From Laetmonice hystrix (lineage: Eukaryota): 64,000 bases of DNA. Made by a program: the position numbers and the translations under genes. How positions within the stretch are numbered: position 1 is the first letter of the stretch; each line of letters starts with the position of its first letter. Location of the stretch: assembly GCA_965235115.1 (NCBI GenBank), contig OZ249444.1, positions 17,236,001 through 17,300,000 on the forward strand, given 5' to 3'. The notes under the pieces are model-generated. The model did not search any database. It was not told the DNA's origin and saw only the letters and a program-made list of their open reading frames with translations. Positions 34,716-46,911 of the stretch are shown piece by piece.

Positions 34716-35236
34716 ACTATGTGGGTGGATATCTGATCCTTACTATGTGGGTGGATATCTGATCCTTACTATGTGGGTCGATATCTGATCCTTACTATGT
34801 GGGTCGATATCTGATCCTTACTATGTGGGTCGATATCTGATCCTTACTATGTGGGTCGATATCTGATCCTTACTATGTGGGTCGATATCTGATCCTTACT
34901 ATGTGGGTCGATATCTGATCCTTACTATGTGGGTCGATATCTGATCCTTACTATGTGGGTCGATATCTGATCCTTACTATGTGGGTCGATATCTGATCCT
35001 TACTATGTGGGTCGATATCTGATCCTTACTATGTGGGTCGATATCTGATCCTTACTATGTGGGTCGATATCTGATCCTTACTATGTGGGTCGATATCTGA
35101 TCCTTACTATGTGGGTCGATATCTGATCCTTACTATGTGGGTCGATATCTGATCCTTACTATGTGAGTGGATATCTGATCCTTACTATGTGGGTCGATAT
35201 CTGATCCTTACTATGTGGGTCGATATCTGATCCTTA
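34716..35236. repeat. Highly homogeneous 26-bp minisatellite, ~20 copies
   Basis: Unit TATGTGGGTCGATATCTGATCCTTAC, head to tail with no spacers; only a few C/G or G/A variants. Confidence 0.97.
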
Positions 35237-37511
35237 TCCTTGAATATAAGCAGCCATGCAGGTGGGTTAATATGCAAACATGGGGAAATCTGAGTGATAT
35301 TTTCCGTTCACCGTTAGATCATAACAATGGCACGTTGACTCTAGGGACCACAGATTGTGTGTCGCCCAAAGGCCGGGGAGGGAAGCCACTATAAATATTT
35401 ATAAACGTCTGCAGTTTTTGGTCAAACTTCGCCATATCTTGGAAGATTGTAACTTAGACCCATGTTCACCAACTTGACAAAGACTGTTTTGATGGTGCAT
35501 TCAGTGTATCATATATGAATGAACAGGTTTAGGAATAAAAGATTGCAACTGTTACAGCCTGACTCTCGAGTTATCATTTTGGTATATGATGGTATATTAT
35601 GTAGGTGCTATAGTCAGAATGCTATAGTCAATGAACTCAGCTCCCTGTGAGTTTCAACGCTTACCTGAGTATATATAGGCCCATAGATTTCCAGGAAAAG
35701 TATTTCACCAAAGAACATCCAAAGGAAATTCAAGATCATTCTAGGTATCACCTCAGATCTCGAAATATGAGTTGTTTGTAATTTAGAAACCTATCTTTTT
35801 AGACCAAACGAGGACTTGTTTATGCATTCCTCCAGATAAGCATAGCGTGAACCTTAACCAGAGAATCGATGATCATCAGCATCCCGACATTACCAGTGCA
35901 GGTGATCCGATTTATCCGGTACTGGTGTAGAGTCTTTGAGAAATCTTTATTGATTTGTTGAGCCATACATGTAGACTTGTGACCCTCTTAGAGATTAATT
36001 TAAGAGTGTATTTTTGCGGTTCTTATTTTACCGATGTATAGGCCTACACGTGCTCCTCGCTCAAGCCGCATGAGCAGATCCCACTGTGCATGGCGAAAGG
36101 CCTCCGTCTGGATTATGCTCATCTCATTTATGATGGTGGATTTGATTACTGTAGCCCACCGGGCTCACGTAGAGTTTTGCACCATACGGCAGTTATGGGT
36201 TAAAGGGGCATGCTATAGAACACGTTTTTGAGGATTTCCGGCAATTATCCAACATGACTGTGTACTAGGGATCCAAGTAAATAATCCTACCACAGCATTT
36301 TGTCCCCCGACGTGTTTTCGCTGCGTATGCAGCACAAGTAGGTTCTATACGACCAAACCCATAGATTTCTCCCGATAGCACATCTCCCGCCATAATTTGG
36401 TAGACCAGTGTATTTGCATACTGCGTCACATCCTGCGTGTGCACTCTCTGCATGTGCTCAGTCACGTGCTTCGTTTAGTTGTAAACAATTCAGCAGTTGC
36501 ACTCGATCGTCTGGCATCAGAATGCCACCCAAAAAATATTTTACGAAATCGGCAGAGAAGCGGGCAAGGGAGCTTCATAAACTTTGATTTCTCACGCAAA
36601 ATAAAACTGATAAGTCTGTCTTTGTTTACCAAGCAATTTTAATGAAGGATCTCTTTATGAAAACAGCAAAAGTTCTTTGAAATACCGATTTTTCACGTTT
36701 CCTCATAATATGTCCCTTTAATGCCCATAATGGTTGCGTTATGGGACAGGTCCGGACAAAACAAATCGAAGATTTTGGCGACACCGCTAGACGGCCTCGA
36801 CATGCCGGGCTGGTGCCACTGACAGAAAGACGGCTGTCCAAGGACGCGCTGAGTGGAGTTAGAGTGACATCAATCTGGGACCCCTCGGATTACGAAAGTT
36901 GAGAAGTTAGAACCCCCTACCTGACCAGTTTTTAATTAGTAATTCTACCACGTTAGAAAGTTCTGAGATGTCCACAAAGAGCAGTGAGTAACCCGTGTAA
37001 AGTGCCGTGCTATATGAGACCGCTGTACCAGGGAAGAAACGTTGCCAGATTAAGAACTCTACTGATCTAAATCCGAATCTGAAACCGTCGACCTGGATTT
37101 GTGGCCGCACAAAGGAATCTAGAGGGGATAGATTAAGGTGTATTTATGTCTTAAGCTACAACACTGGCCATAGAGTGCATGTGCCTTAAGAATCACGGGC
37201 GCGAAGAATCAAAAGATTTTGTTTGATCGACAAGCAGGTTTTCCTATTTCCAAGTGCCTATCATAATCTTGGATCACCATGCTATGGGTGGTAGGCCTGT
37301 GAACATTGATCAATAGCAGTATCTGAAATCAATAACTTTTCTACCGTCACTTCTGGCAGTGTTAAGAGAGTAGGTCTACTCAAGGCTGTGTGATTTACGA
37401 TATAGATATCGAAGTATCAGAATGAGTCATGACCAATCATGTGAAAGGACTAGTATACACTGTCAATGGAGACGTTTTTGTCATATGAACCAGACGCTAT
37501 AATTGGATATC

Positions 37512-40500
37512 ATGTCGCGCCAATCAAAACTGGACATCCTGAGAGGGAACTGTACCGAAGATGACCTTCCGGCGCAGCACAGCCGTACCGTCAGAGTATA
37601 TCTTTCCGCAACAAAAGGTAAACTTTCGAACCAGCTGTTATCATTATATAAGTGTACGGAGTATTCTTGTATAGGAGTTGGTAGTTGGTGTAGAAGAGGT
37701 TGATATTAGAAAATTTCAAAACAAATGTCTACATGTCTAAGGTTGAATGGAAATGGGATTGAGCAGGACTGCCTTATTAAGTATTATATTTTGAGTTTTT
37801 GACATTTGCAGACATGAATGTTGAACGAGAGTCAATATTAAGAGATGTTTACCCAAAGATCAAACAACACTGCTGCGGTCGATATGGCATCGACTTTCAG
37901 GTACATCTTTTACCATTGTTTACGAAGTTTGCGATGGAATTTCATATCCGGGTTCTTACTATTGCACATTTATTCTTGTCATGTGAAAGGGCCCTGTACC
38001 TGCCCAGTTGAACTTTTATGGGAAAAAATAATGAGATATACAAGAAGTCTATCGTTTCTGTTCTCATAGTAAAGCGATAAAGATATTGTGTCAACTCTTT
38101 ATAAGTTAAGGCATTCCTGTCAGCCTCCACTATCACTGTTCTAAATAGCCCCTGTACATGTATATCGGGTGGAAAACCGTTGTTTGTTTAGTTTGTGGAT
38201 CTGCACTGGGGCGTGATAGAGTCGATAGGCCACCTGGCGGGGGACCTGGCCGTCATCAAGAGGGAGATCCAACGATGCCGCCAGAGGTCGCTCGGTCCCA
38301 GCTTCCTGGTGAGTCAAATGAACGAACAAATTAGAAAAAAAGAAACAAAGAAAAAGCATACCAAAACAATGCTATAGGCCTAAACCTGATGCTCATGTGG
38401 GCAATCCCCCTTACCCCGGGGCTGGAGCCATATGGTTAGGCCCATATCAACTCGTTCTATTCCACTCCCAGTGTCTGGTTGGTGGGTTGAACGGCCCCCC
38501 AGCCCTCCCGGACCAGATCTCGCCACACCACTACCAAATCCTGCTGGACGAACTGACACGTCGTGATGACAAGATGGCGGCCCTCATGACCACCCTCTAC
38601 GATCTGGACGAGAATAACAAACCTCCTCTGATTTCCCGGAGAAGAGTGCCGTGGGTAAGTTGGTATAGTGGCTATAAGCCTGCAGTTCTTAAACCTACAG
38701 CAAAAGTTCCTCACTAACGTAGGCCTACCTTTGAACACCAGTAACACCATATAAAGTGTCTAAGGTCACACCGATAAGTGGAACACTGTCTACGGCGACT
38801 TTTTAAAAATACCGCCCGGGTCATTCGCTATTTCCCACGCGAGACAGCGGGAGCTATATCTATTAATAGATTGAGATAATGGCCAAATAGGGTAAACAAA
38901 CCGACGAAGCCAGCGGGAGAATGTCTCTACATTTCGGTTGATTATTCCTTTATTAAAGATCAGATAATCACAGAATTGTAGGTAAGAACAACTTTGTTCA
39001 TGCTGAACACCCTTGTAGGCCTATTGATAGTTTGAACTTTTCTATTCCCTTTAATGACCAACTTCAGGTAAAACGATTGGTCACCAATAATCATGTATTA
39101 AACTAAAAGGTTATTTCTTTCTTCGTAGATCAAGTCTGACCAGTGGGAAGGATACCATGAATTTTACCAGCATTTCACTGATGCCGTCATGGCCATGCAG
39201 GAGGCGGGGAAATTTACCCACGATGACGTCACGTCCTTGATGAAATCGGGTTTGTATTGAAAGTTATCTGTGCGAAACTTTGTAAGCTTGTATTACACGA
39301 AGGAAACACAAAGTTTAAAGTGAAAGAAGTGTGTAGTGCTGTAGTGTAATGCGTTATATTCGTTTTATTCTATGACCACCACGCTACCTCATGCTGCGCC
39401 TGTTACTTGTGTAGCATTTGAAACAGAAATCTTTGCGGGGATAGAAGACACCGAAGAGGAAACAAGAAGTAAAACCCTCTGCTTCACTCGGATAATCGAG
39501 ACGACAGGTGCACATCAATATCACCAGCAGTTTGGGTTCTCTGGTGATACAAAGGTTGAAGTCAATGTCAAAGACGCTCAAAGTCGTCTGCTTACGATTC
39601 GTGATCATGACCTTCACAAATGGCTTCCCGCCGCGAACATCAAAGTTATAAAAACCGATTATCAGGTAACTGGGGCCACACTGGACTCACAACAAGAGCA
39701 ACTGCCAGAAGCTTCATTTTCCGAAAAGTCTCAGATAGTGACACAGCCACGACAAGAGGAGTACGTGGATGATTTGTGTAAGAAGGTTCTGAGTCAACTG
39801 AAGCGCCTTGTTGACCGCGCCGCAGCGCCACTAGGAATTGCTCAAAATGGAGTCACTGAGGACGCATGCGCCGAGGTTGTAGAGGTCAGTTAAGTGCTCT
39901 ACGAGTTTAACAAAACGTTTGTGAGTCTGGCTGAATAAATGAATTAGTGGAAGTAGCGTTAGTGGAATGGCTAATTAGGTCAATATCACGTCATCGGCGC
40001 CATACTTTGTTCTACGATAATAGGCCTACTATAAAGTACTTCCGACTGTATACTAAATATAAGATGTCTGGGAGATCCATTTTGCTGACATTATTACGAC
40101 TATACTTCAGTCTTGCTTTAGCTTTAATTTCTTGGTATCTTTTTTAGAAACATGCATTAACACTCCTTTTATGTTCGTGTATGACAATAAATCATCTTTA
40201 TTTTGCCACACAGCACTGGCGAAAGGCATTCTCGTTAAGGGATGCCCTAGTAGACTCCACTGCCATGGATAGCCTGCACAAATACCTAAATGGTAGGGCC
40301 TAAGTAGTTTATTGACAATGTATCAGCTTCCAAAAATCATTATTTCACGTTTAAACTTCAAACTAAAATCCCTTGTTTGTGGTGGTAAGCTTCTGGGATC
40401 CTATAGAGCCAGTTCACTTCATTATCAACTGGATCGGGGCGGACGCCATGATGACAGGTTTCCACTCCACATTCCGTTCCTTGCCCCACCTTGCCCACAG

Positions 40501-43500
40501 TTTGTCTAATGATTAGGCCTGTCTCACTCTACAGGTCCGATCAGAACCCTCTCAGTCCTCCATGGTCGATCACCTCAGACACGAGCGACCATCCTGGCCA
40601 GGTTGGCGACAAGTATGGCGGCACCCCGCGACAAGTCTTCACGAGACCCAGTCGTCGTTATTCGGTTCCTGAGTCTTTCGGACGTCTCAATGACAACGAC
40701 AGATCTTTTGTCGAGTCTAGCGCGGCAGATCTCTTTGGTTTACGGTTTTGCGTGGAAAGAGGGGGGAAATAAACAAAGCACAGCGAAGCGTTTTCTTAAG
40801 TGCATCGAGTTTGCAAAAGGGGGTTCGCCTTTGTTTATAATGATAGATGAGCTGGAGAAATTATCTCCCGATTCGTATGATCTTTCCTGGATACCTGATA
40901 CTCTGCCAGAAAACGTCAAAGTCATCTTTGGCTGCTCAAGCAAGACTCAAATATTTGAGGATCTCTGTGCCAAAACACCGTACATGGACTGCATCATAGA
41001 GATAGAGACTGAAACCTTGGAGAAAACCATTCCGGGTACTCTTGAGGTACTCCGCACCCGTCCTGACTCAGACAGAGCGTTAACAAACTCTCAATATGCT
41101 CATCTACATGCTCTGATCCACCAAGGCGACAGAACTCTTCCAGAGCACATTCTCTACGACATTGCACAGGGCTGGCGTTCGTACGACACCATTTGTATGA
41201 GTATTGATGACAGCGAGGAAGGTCAGATTCTTGCCTGGTTTGAGCACCTTGAGAACATCCATGGCTGCCTTCTGGTCTCTTCGTGCCTCCAGTACATCAC
41301 AGCTGGCAAACATGGTGTCACAGAATGTGAGCTACTTGACCTGCTCTCAATAGATGAAGAACTTCTGAACTCTGGTAAGGCAACTCTTACGTATCGTCTG
41401 ATATCGTTGTAAACTTCTAAACTGCAAATTTAAAAAAAGTGATAAATTTGTCTAATAAATCCTAATAATGGGCATAATATCAGTTGATCAATATGACATC
41501 AGGCTATGTGAGTTTTGCCATTTTTAATAAAATAGTTTGTCGATTCTGTTATTTAGGATTTTAGCGAATTCCTGTTACAATTCACTCTTACTTATAGGTG
41601 TCCTTCTCAAAGTTACACCTGGGCTTCGTCGCCTTCCAGATCTGTTGTGGGCCCGCCTGCGAGCTGACCTTGATCCCTCCCTCTTGACGCGTACTGTTGA
41701 CGATCGTGACGTAGTGTGCTGGGCCCATCAGGTGTTTCCAAAGTGTGTCCTCGCACGATATGTGGATGAGATCAATCCAATATCAAAAATCCACGCTCGA
41801 ATGGCGCAATACTTCAAGATGATTACTCCAACGTGTATCCCCTTGGATGATAGTAAAAGTAAACTGTCACATGATATGAGGTTAGATCCGCAGCCATATA
41901 CTTATGATAACAGGAATTCTGCCTACAGCCAAGTGATGTACAACAAGCGGAAAATATCAGAGTTGCCGCATCAGTTTCTTAACGCAAGACAATATGAGGA
42001 GTTGAAAAAACACATCCTTTTCAGCTATAAATGGTTAAACCACAAACTTCTTGCAACTTCGGTGGGTGCTCTTCTATCGACGTTAGAGGATTTACAAGAA
42101 GATGTCGAATTAAAGACGGATCAAGAGCTCACCGAAGTTCTCAGAGCCATACAAGATAGTGCTTCGCCCCTAGCTGTTCATCCAGGCTCTCTGAGAGCAG
42201 AGCTTACCGGGCGCCTGATGACGTCACTAGGAGACATGCCTCATGTGACGTCACTAATACGTCAGTGTGACGACGACGGTTACAAAGACTGCGTTCTGAC
42301 GCCGCTGACGTCATCGTTCGATGCGGGCGAAGAGGAGATTGTCCAGGTCGTCCAGTGTGACGTGGGCCCGGCTGGCGAGCTTCTGGTTGCATCCGCCTGG
42401 CAGACCGGCGAGCTCGTAGTCTACACTGTCCCAGAGAAAGTCAGCCTTTGGGACGAAAACTCCGGAAAGAAAAAACGGAATTTTGAGTGCAGTCAGTACA
42501 CATACTGCACAGATCTGCGTGTTTCTCAGGACGGTCGGAAGCTTCTGGCCTTCAATAACGGCCAACCAAAATATACCTTTCTCGAAGACTCTCCACTCCT
42601 CGACATCTTTGACATGGAAACGGGTCGTAAACTACATCGAATTTATTTCGGAGAAAGTGGACAGCAACCGAAAAGATTGTTCAGAGTAACAGAATTACAT
42701 GAGAGACACCTGGTGTTTGACACGCCGAACTACGTTGCCGTTTGCATTGATACGGTTCGTTTGTGTGACATCAAGACAGGCAAGGAACTATCAATGGCAC
42801 CTTGGCCTTTCCTCCTCACGCCAGACGAACGATACATCGTGATGGCAGAGCGCGATGGACATAGACTTGTCGTCAGGACCTTTCCTGAACTGAAACGAAA
42901 GAGCAGGTTATCATCACCGAAGAACATCACAGCGATTGTGGCACTAGTGACTGCCACCTCGATGAAGCTGCTGGTAGCAGCAGGTTCCGCTGGAATAATA
43001 TCGATGTACGACTTCGCCAATGTAGAGGGTGGTGCAGAGATGGTAGACCCTGAAAAGAAAGGGGTCTTAATAGAGAAAAAAGGCGATGGTCTAAAAGGCG
43101 GCTGTGGGAAACTGATTTTGTCCCCCGACAATACTCTTGTGTTTGCCATATACATATATTCAATTGGGAAGGCGCTTCATAGGACTAACTTCGTTATGTC
43201 TGCACAATACTTGGAGCATCTTCATATTTATAGAAGCGACCTGTCAGACATCGTGCAGTTTTCACCTGACAGTAAATACATTCTTCATTTGAAGGTAGCC
43301 GTTGGAGAATTTGATGTCATTGACTCAAAGTCGGGAATGAAAAAGGCTACATACGGGCAGGAGCAAAGGATACAACAGATGAGTTTCGGTAAGGATCCCA
43401 ATAAACTCTTCGTTACATCGCGGGAAGGCCTTGTCGCTTTAGACATAGAACTCCTCATTAAGCGAGGTAGACTTCCCGATGTTCCGCCCGAGTGTGACAC

Positions 43501-45094
43501 CGACACTGAGTCGGTTTCGGTGGAACTCAATACCCCGCCAAGGAAACTTCGGACGATTTTGGCAGACGTAGAATGGACAGATGTGATGAGGTTAAATGAT
43601 GTTGAGTCAGTCCCGTTGAACCTTACTCAGTTGGACGAGCAGACTGGTCTGGTGTCTGCCAGCAGAGTCAGTCTAACCCGTGGCGTCCACTTCCCCAATT
43701 CGGATCTCCTACCGTATCTCTGTGACGTCATTCTTACTGCAGACGGGAGTCGTCTGCTGCTCGTGTTTGATCAGCTGCATGTCATGACGGCGCAATCAGG
43801 GAGCAAGGATTGGAAAACAGTGGCAGGGCCTCTGAATGACCACTTCACCCACACAAAGGTCATGGGAGCAAGCATCGGTACGGCACCGGGTCGCCGGGGT
43901 AGCGTCTTTGGCGTGTCTGCCACTGCCATAGACCAGGGTGGAACGTCACTGCGGAAAGGGGAAACGATTTACGGCAACAGTGTGGTCCGTCGAGGGACCA
44001 TGTTTACAGCGGAGGGAGGGGAAACCGTTCAAAGAATTCCCAGTACCATACGGGTATTTAGTGCCACGAACGGAGACTGCGTTCAGAAGATTTCCATCAG
44101 GAATGAAAGGATTGTGACCTGCACAGAACACTTCATCGTCACAGCCACCTTGGGGGGAGACTTCACCAACGTCTACAGCATTTCGTCGGCAACATGCATC
44201 TGTACACTCCAGTGCAGGCCGGTAAATGCAACATTTTCACCGGGTGAAGCGTTTCTTATACTGATACCTGAAAAGAACCCAAGTGAAATTCATATTTATT
44301 CGGGTCCAACGTATCTGGATATGCGAAGATGTCGCCTTGCGCATGGAGACCTAGTTGCCTGGGAGATGATCACGTGCTCCCAGTCTCCAGGCACTGTTCT
44401 TGTCTCCACGTCTGGAGAGGGTCGGTATCGGCTCGGCCGTGACCCTGGGGTCACGTACATCTGGGTTGATTTACCGGATGCGACGGTTACCAACGAATTC
44501 ACGTGTAACTCGGAGCTGGTCCATGTGCTTCCAGATGGTACCCGAGGAGTGGATACGGACTTTGACTTCTATGACCTGACCACCGGCAACGTGTTGTTCA
44601 GAGTTCAAGTGAACGATGACTTGACGCTGATGGAACATGCGTCTTTTGTGACCAATGATGGCAAAATGGTCGTTTTCCTGGACAATAATGTAGGCACGAT
44701 CAATGTTGTAGACATTGAAAAGAAAAAGGTAATCTGCCAATGCTTTTATCATGCATCAAGGCCCAATGTGGATGGTGTTCGTGGTCACCGCGAGGTGGCG
44801 TCACTGCTGCCGATAAATGGCGGCTACCAGATGGCGATAGTGGAGGGGCCCACCGTCAAACAATTTGCAATCCAAACTGCCAGCACCAAGTTGACGGCTA
44901 CGGGTTTCAGTAAGCTATATAAAACAGCATACCGGGATGCCAAATCAAGGGCGGAATATTTCCACGTTGTAAATACAAATGAGACCACACCAATAATTCG
45001 ACTTGCACGGAGGAAAAAAAGAATGTTCCGTACCAAACTGATTCATCCCCTATGTGGCAGAAAGAAAAAATATAGTTTATCGACCCGGGTATAG
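37512..45094 (+). CDS. NWD1/NWD2-family STAND protein: DUF4062-like N-terminus, NACHT-like NTPase with degenerate Walker A, helical region and divergent WD40-like propellers; 1833 aa
   Basis: Exons 37512-37617, 37812-37900, 38192-38308, 38472-38654, 39129-39249, 39415-39884, 40214-40292, 40535-41374, 41598-45094 (5502 nt, in frame). NWD-type motifs RTVRVYLS..GDM.VER, YP.IK..C...YGIDFQFVDLHWGV, PLFIMIDELEKL, LSWIPDTLPENVKVIF, LQYITAGKHGVTECELLDLLSIDE, YNKRKISELP and PGSLRAELTGRL. Confidence 0.9.
38726..38841 (-). repeat. Interspersed repeat fragment, copy B (in NWD intron 4)
   Basis: Its reverse complement aligns with 4282-4397. Confidence 0.85.
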
Positions 45095-45690
45095 ATGTAC
45101 TTCAAAAATACACCACTATTCCAGGGGTGCGTTTCACAACCATCGTTATCCTGTCGAAAATACATTGGTGTACCGATACAAGCTAACGACAGGTTGTGAA
45201 ACGCACCTCAGTATCGTTAACCTCATGGAGACTATAAGCAATCTTCTGAAATCTGGTTAGTATAAAACGTTCCACAAGACATTGCGACAAAACATTTTTT
45301 TAGATTTTAATTCGATCCAGACGGCATGTAGGCCTAGTATCCCAGAGGATGAAGAATTATTGATCAGTAATATCAGTGGATTATAAACTTTCTTACGAAG
45401 TACCAGACAGCGAGTGTCATATGGGTCACTTTTTCTATAAATGTACAATTGCCCTGAATGGGTCGATTAAGTGCCCCTTATAAAGTTAATAAAGAAAGGT
45501 TATTAATCGTACATGTCTGAAACGAATAGCGCATCACATAGGCCTCTTTCATTCCCAGATTTAGCCCCAATCACATCACCCTATGATCTGCCACGACTAT
45601 TTCTTTATGCTAGTTTTCCTCTAGATGGCGCGCCCAACGGGGCCTTGCGAGAGGACAGGTGTGGCAGTAATCCAAGTCCCCCTAAAACGA

Positions 45691-45810
45691 CGGACCTGCA
45701 TGCTATCCTTGAAGTAGCCTATAAGTCCGACGAACCTGCATGCTATCCTTGAAGTAGCCTATAAGTCCGACGGACCTGCATGCTATCCTTGAAATAGCCT
45801 ATAAGTCCGA
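45691..45810. repeat. 40-bp tandem repeat, 3 copies
   Basis: CGGACCTGCATGCTATCCTTGAAGTAGCCTATAAGTCCGA x3; copies 2 and 3 each carry one substitution. Confidence 0.95.
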
Positions 45811-45925
45811 CGCACATGTGCATTCACCCACTCGGCGCTACCTCGACAGATGGCAGATCATGTCTCGGCCGTAACGGTCAGGTCGCCAGTTTTGAAATTA
45901 GTAACACAACAAAACAAACCCATGT

Positions 45926-46277
45926 CATAGGCGTAGGAACCGGGGGGGCAGGGGGGCGTCAGCCCCCCTAATATCAAAAGTGGGGGGGGCTGGAGTGTGT
46001 TTCAGCCCCCCCCCCCCAACATTTGGGTGATTTCTTAATCGAGGTGGGTTTCATGCCGGTTTTCTATGTAGGCCTATCACGCATAAAAATGATGGAATTT
46101 TGTTGATAGATTTGAGAGATTTTTGCTCCGAGATGCTCAGAAAACGCATCTCCGGCATTCCTAAAAAAAATTCTGGGGGAGGGCCCCCAGACCCCCCTCC
46201 AGGGCCCGCTTCGGTGGCCATGGATTATCCCTCCAATCTTCAGCCCCCCCAACCAAAAAGAGCTTCCTACGCCTATG
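45926..46277. mobile_element. MITE, 352 bp, 13-bp TIR, apparent 5-bp TSD
   Basis: CATAGGCGTAGGA / TCCTACGCCTATG; CATGT on both flanks (45921-45925, 46278-46282); internal G/C runs. Confidence 0.8.
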
Positions 46278-46599
46278 CATGTGGTTTCCACAACTGCCAT
46301 CTTGGCCTTTGTCGCTATAAAAAGGGTGTGATATTTCATTATTTTATATTTCATATTTCAGTGTACAGATTGCAAGTGATCGAATTTCGTGTCTTTCCCT
46401 GACTCTTCACATTGCTTGGCTACGATTGGCTAACTGGGCGGACCACTTAACTTTAATGGGTGGGGGGGGGGGGGAGTAGAATGAATTAGTTTGTACAGAT
46501 TTTTCCCCCCACATAATTTCAGAGTCGGAATTTTTTTAGACATTGGAAATGGACCTCTATACACCACTATTCAATGACAGGGACAGCCAATTTGAAATA

Positions 46600-46805
46600 A
46601 TGCAGTGATGCAATACTGCAATTTTTCATAGGCAGTAATATTTCATAGCCTGTACCTATGAAATATTGCAGGCTATGAAATATTGCAGTATTGCGTCACT
46701 GCAATATTTCATAGGCAGCAATATTTCATAGCTACAGGCTATGAAATATTGCAGTGACGCAATGCTGCAATATTTCATAGGCAACAATATTTCATAGTAC
46801 ACCGG
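46600..46805. repeat. Palindromic array of CTATGAAATATTGC modules in both orientations (probable transposon end)
   Basis: About 9 modules ending in ...ATTTCATAGTACACCGG. A related 4-module copy lies at about 48231-48326. Confidence 0.75.
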
Positions 46806-46911
46806 CGGCTGCTTCCCGGGCCGCCGGGCCTTCGACGCCGGGGAGCCGGCGGCTAGCCTTTCCGGGCCGTCGGGCTCTCGACGCCGGGGAGCCGGCGGCT
46901 ATAGCCTTCCC
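46803..46911. repeat. GC-rich ~45-bp tandem repeat, ~2.4 copies
   Basis: CGGCGGCT...TCGACGCCGGGGAGC units start at 46803, 46847 and 46893. Confidence 0.8.

Noticed and set aside
34716-35236. Regular 26-bp repeats as a CRISPR array
   Set aside because: Units are head to tail with no unique spacers, there are no cas genes, and the context is eukaryotic. The same applies to the arrays at 8052, 15751, 28754, 45691 and 50154.
41537-41597. Start of the 1185-aa ORF as an independent gene
   Set aside because: The first 20 codons are intronic. The acceptor TTATAG at 41597 joins exon 8 in phase, so this ORF is the last exon of the NWD gene.
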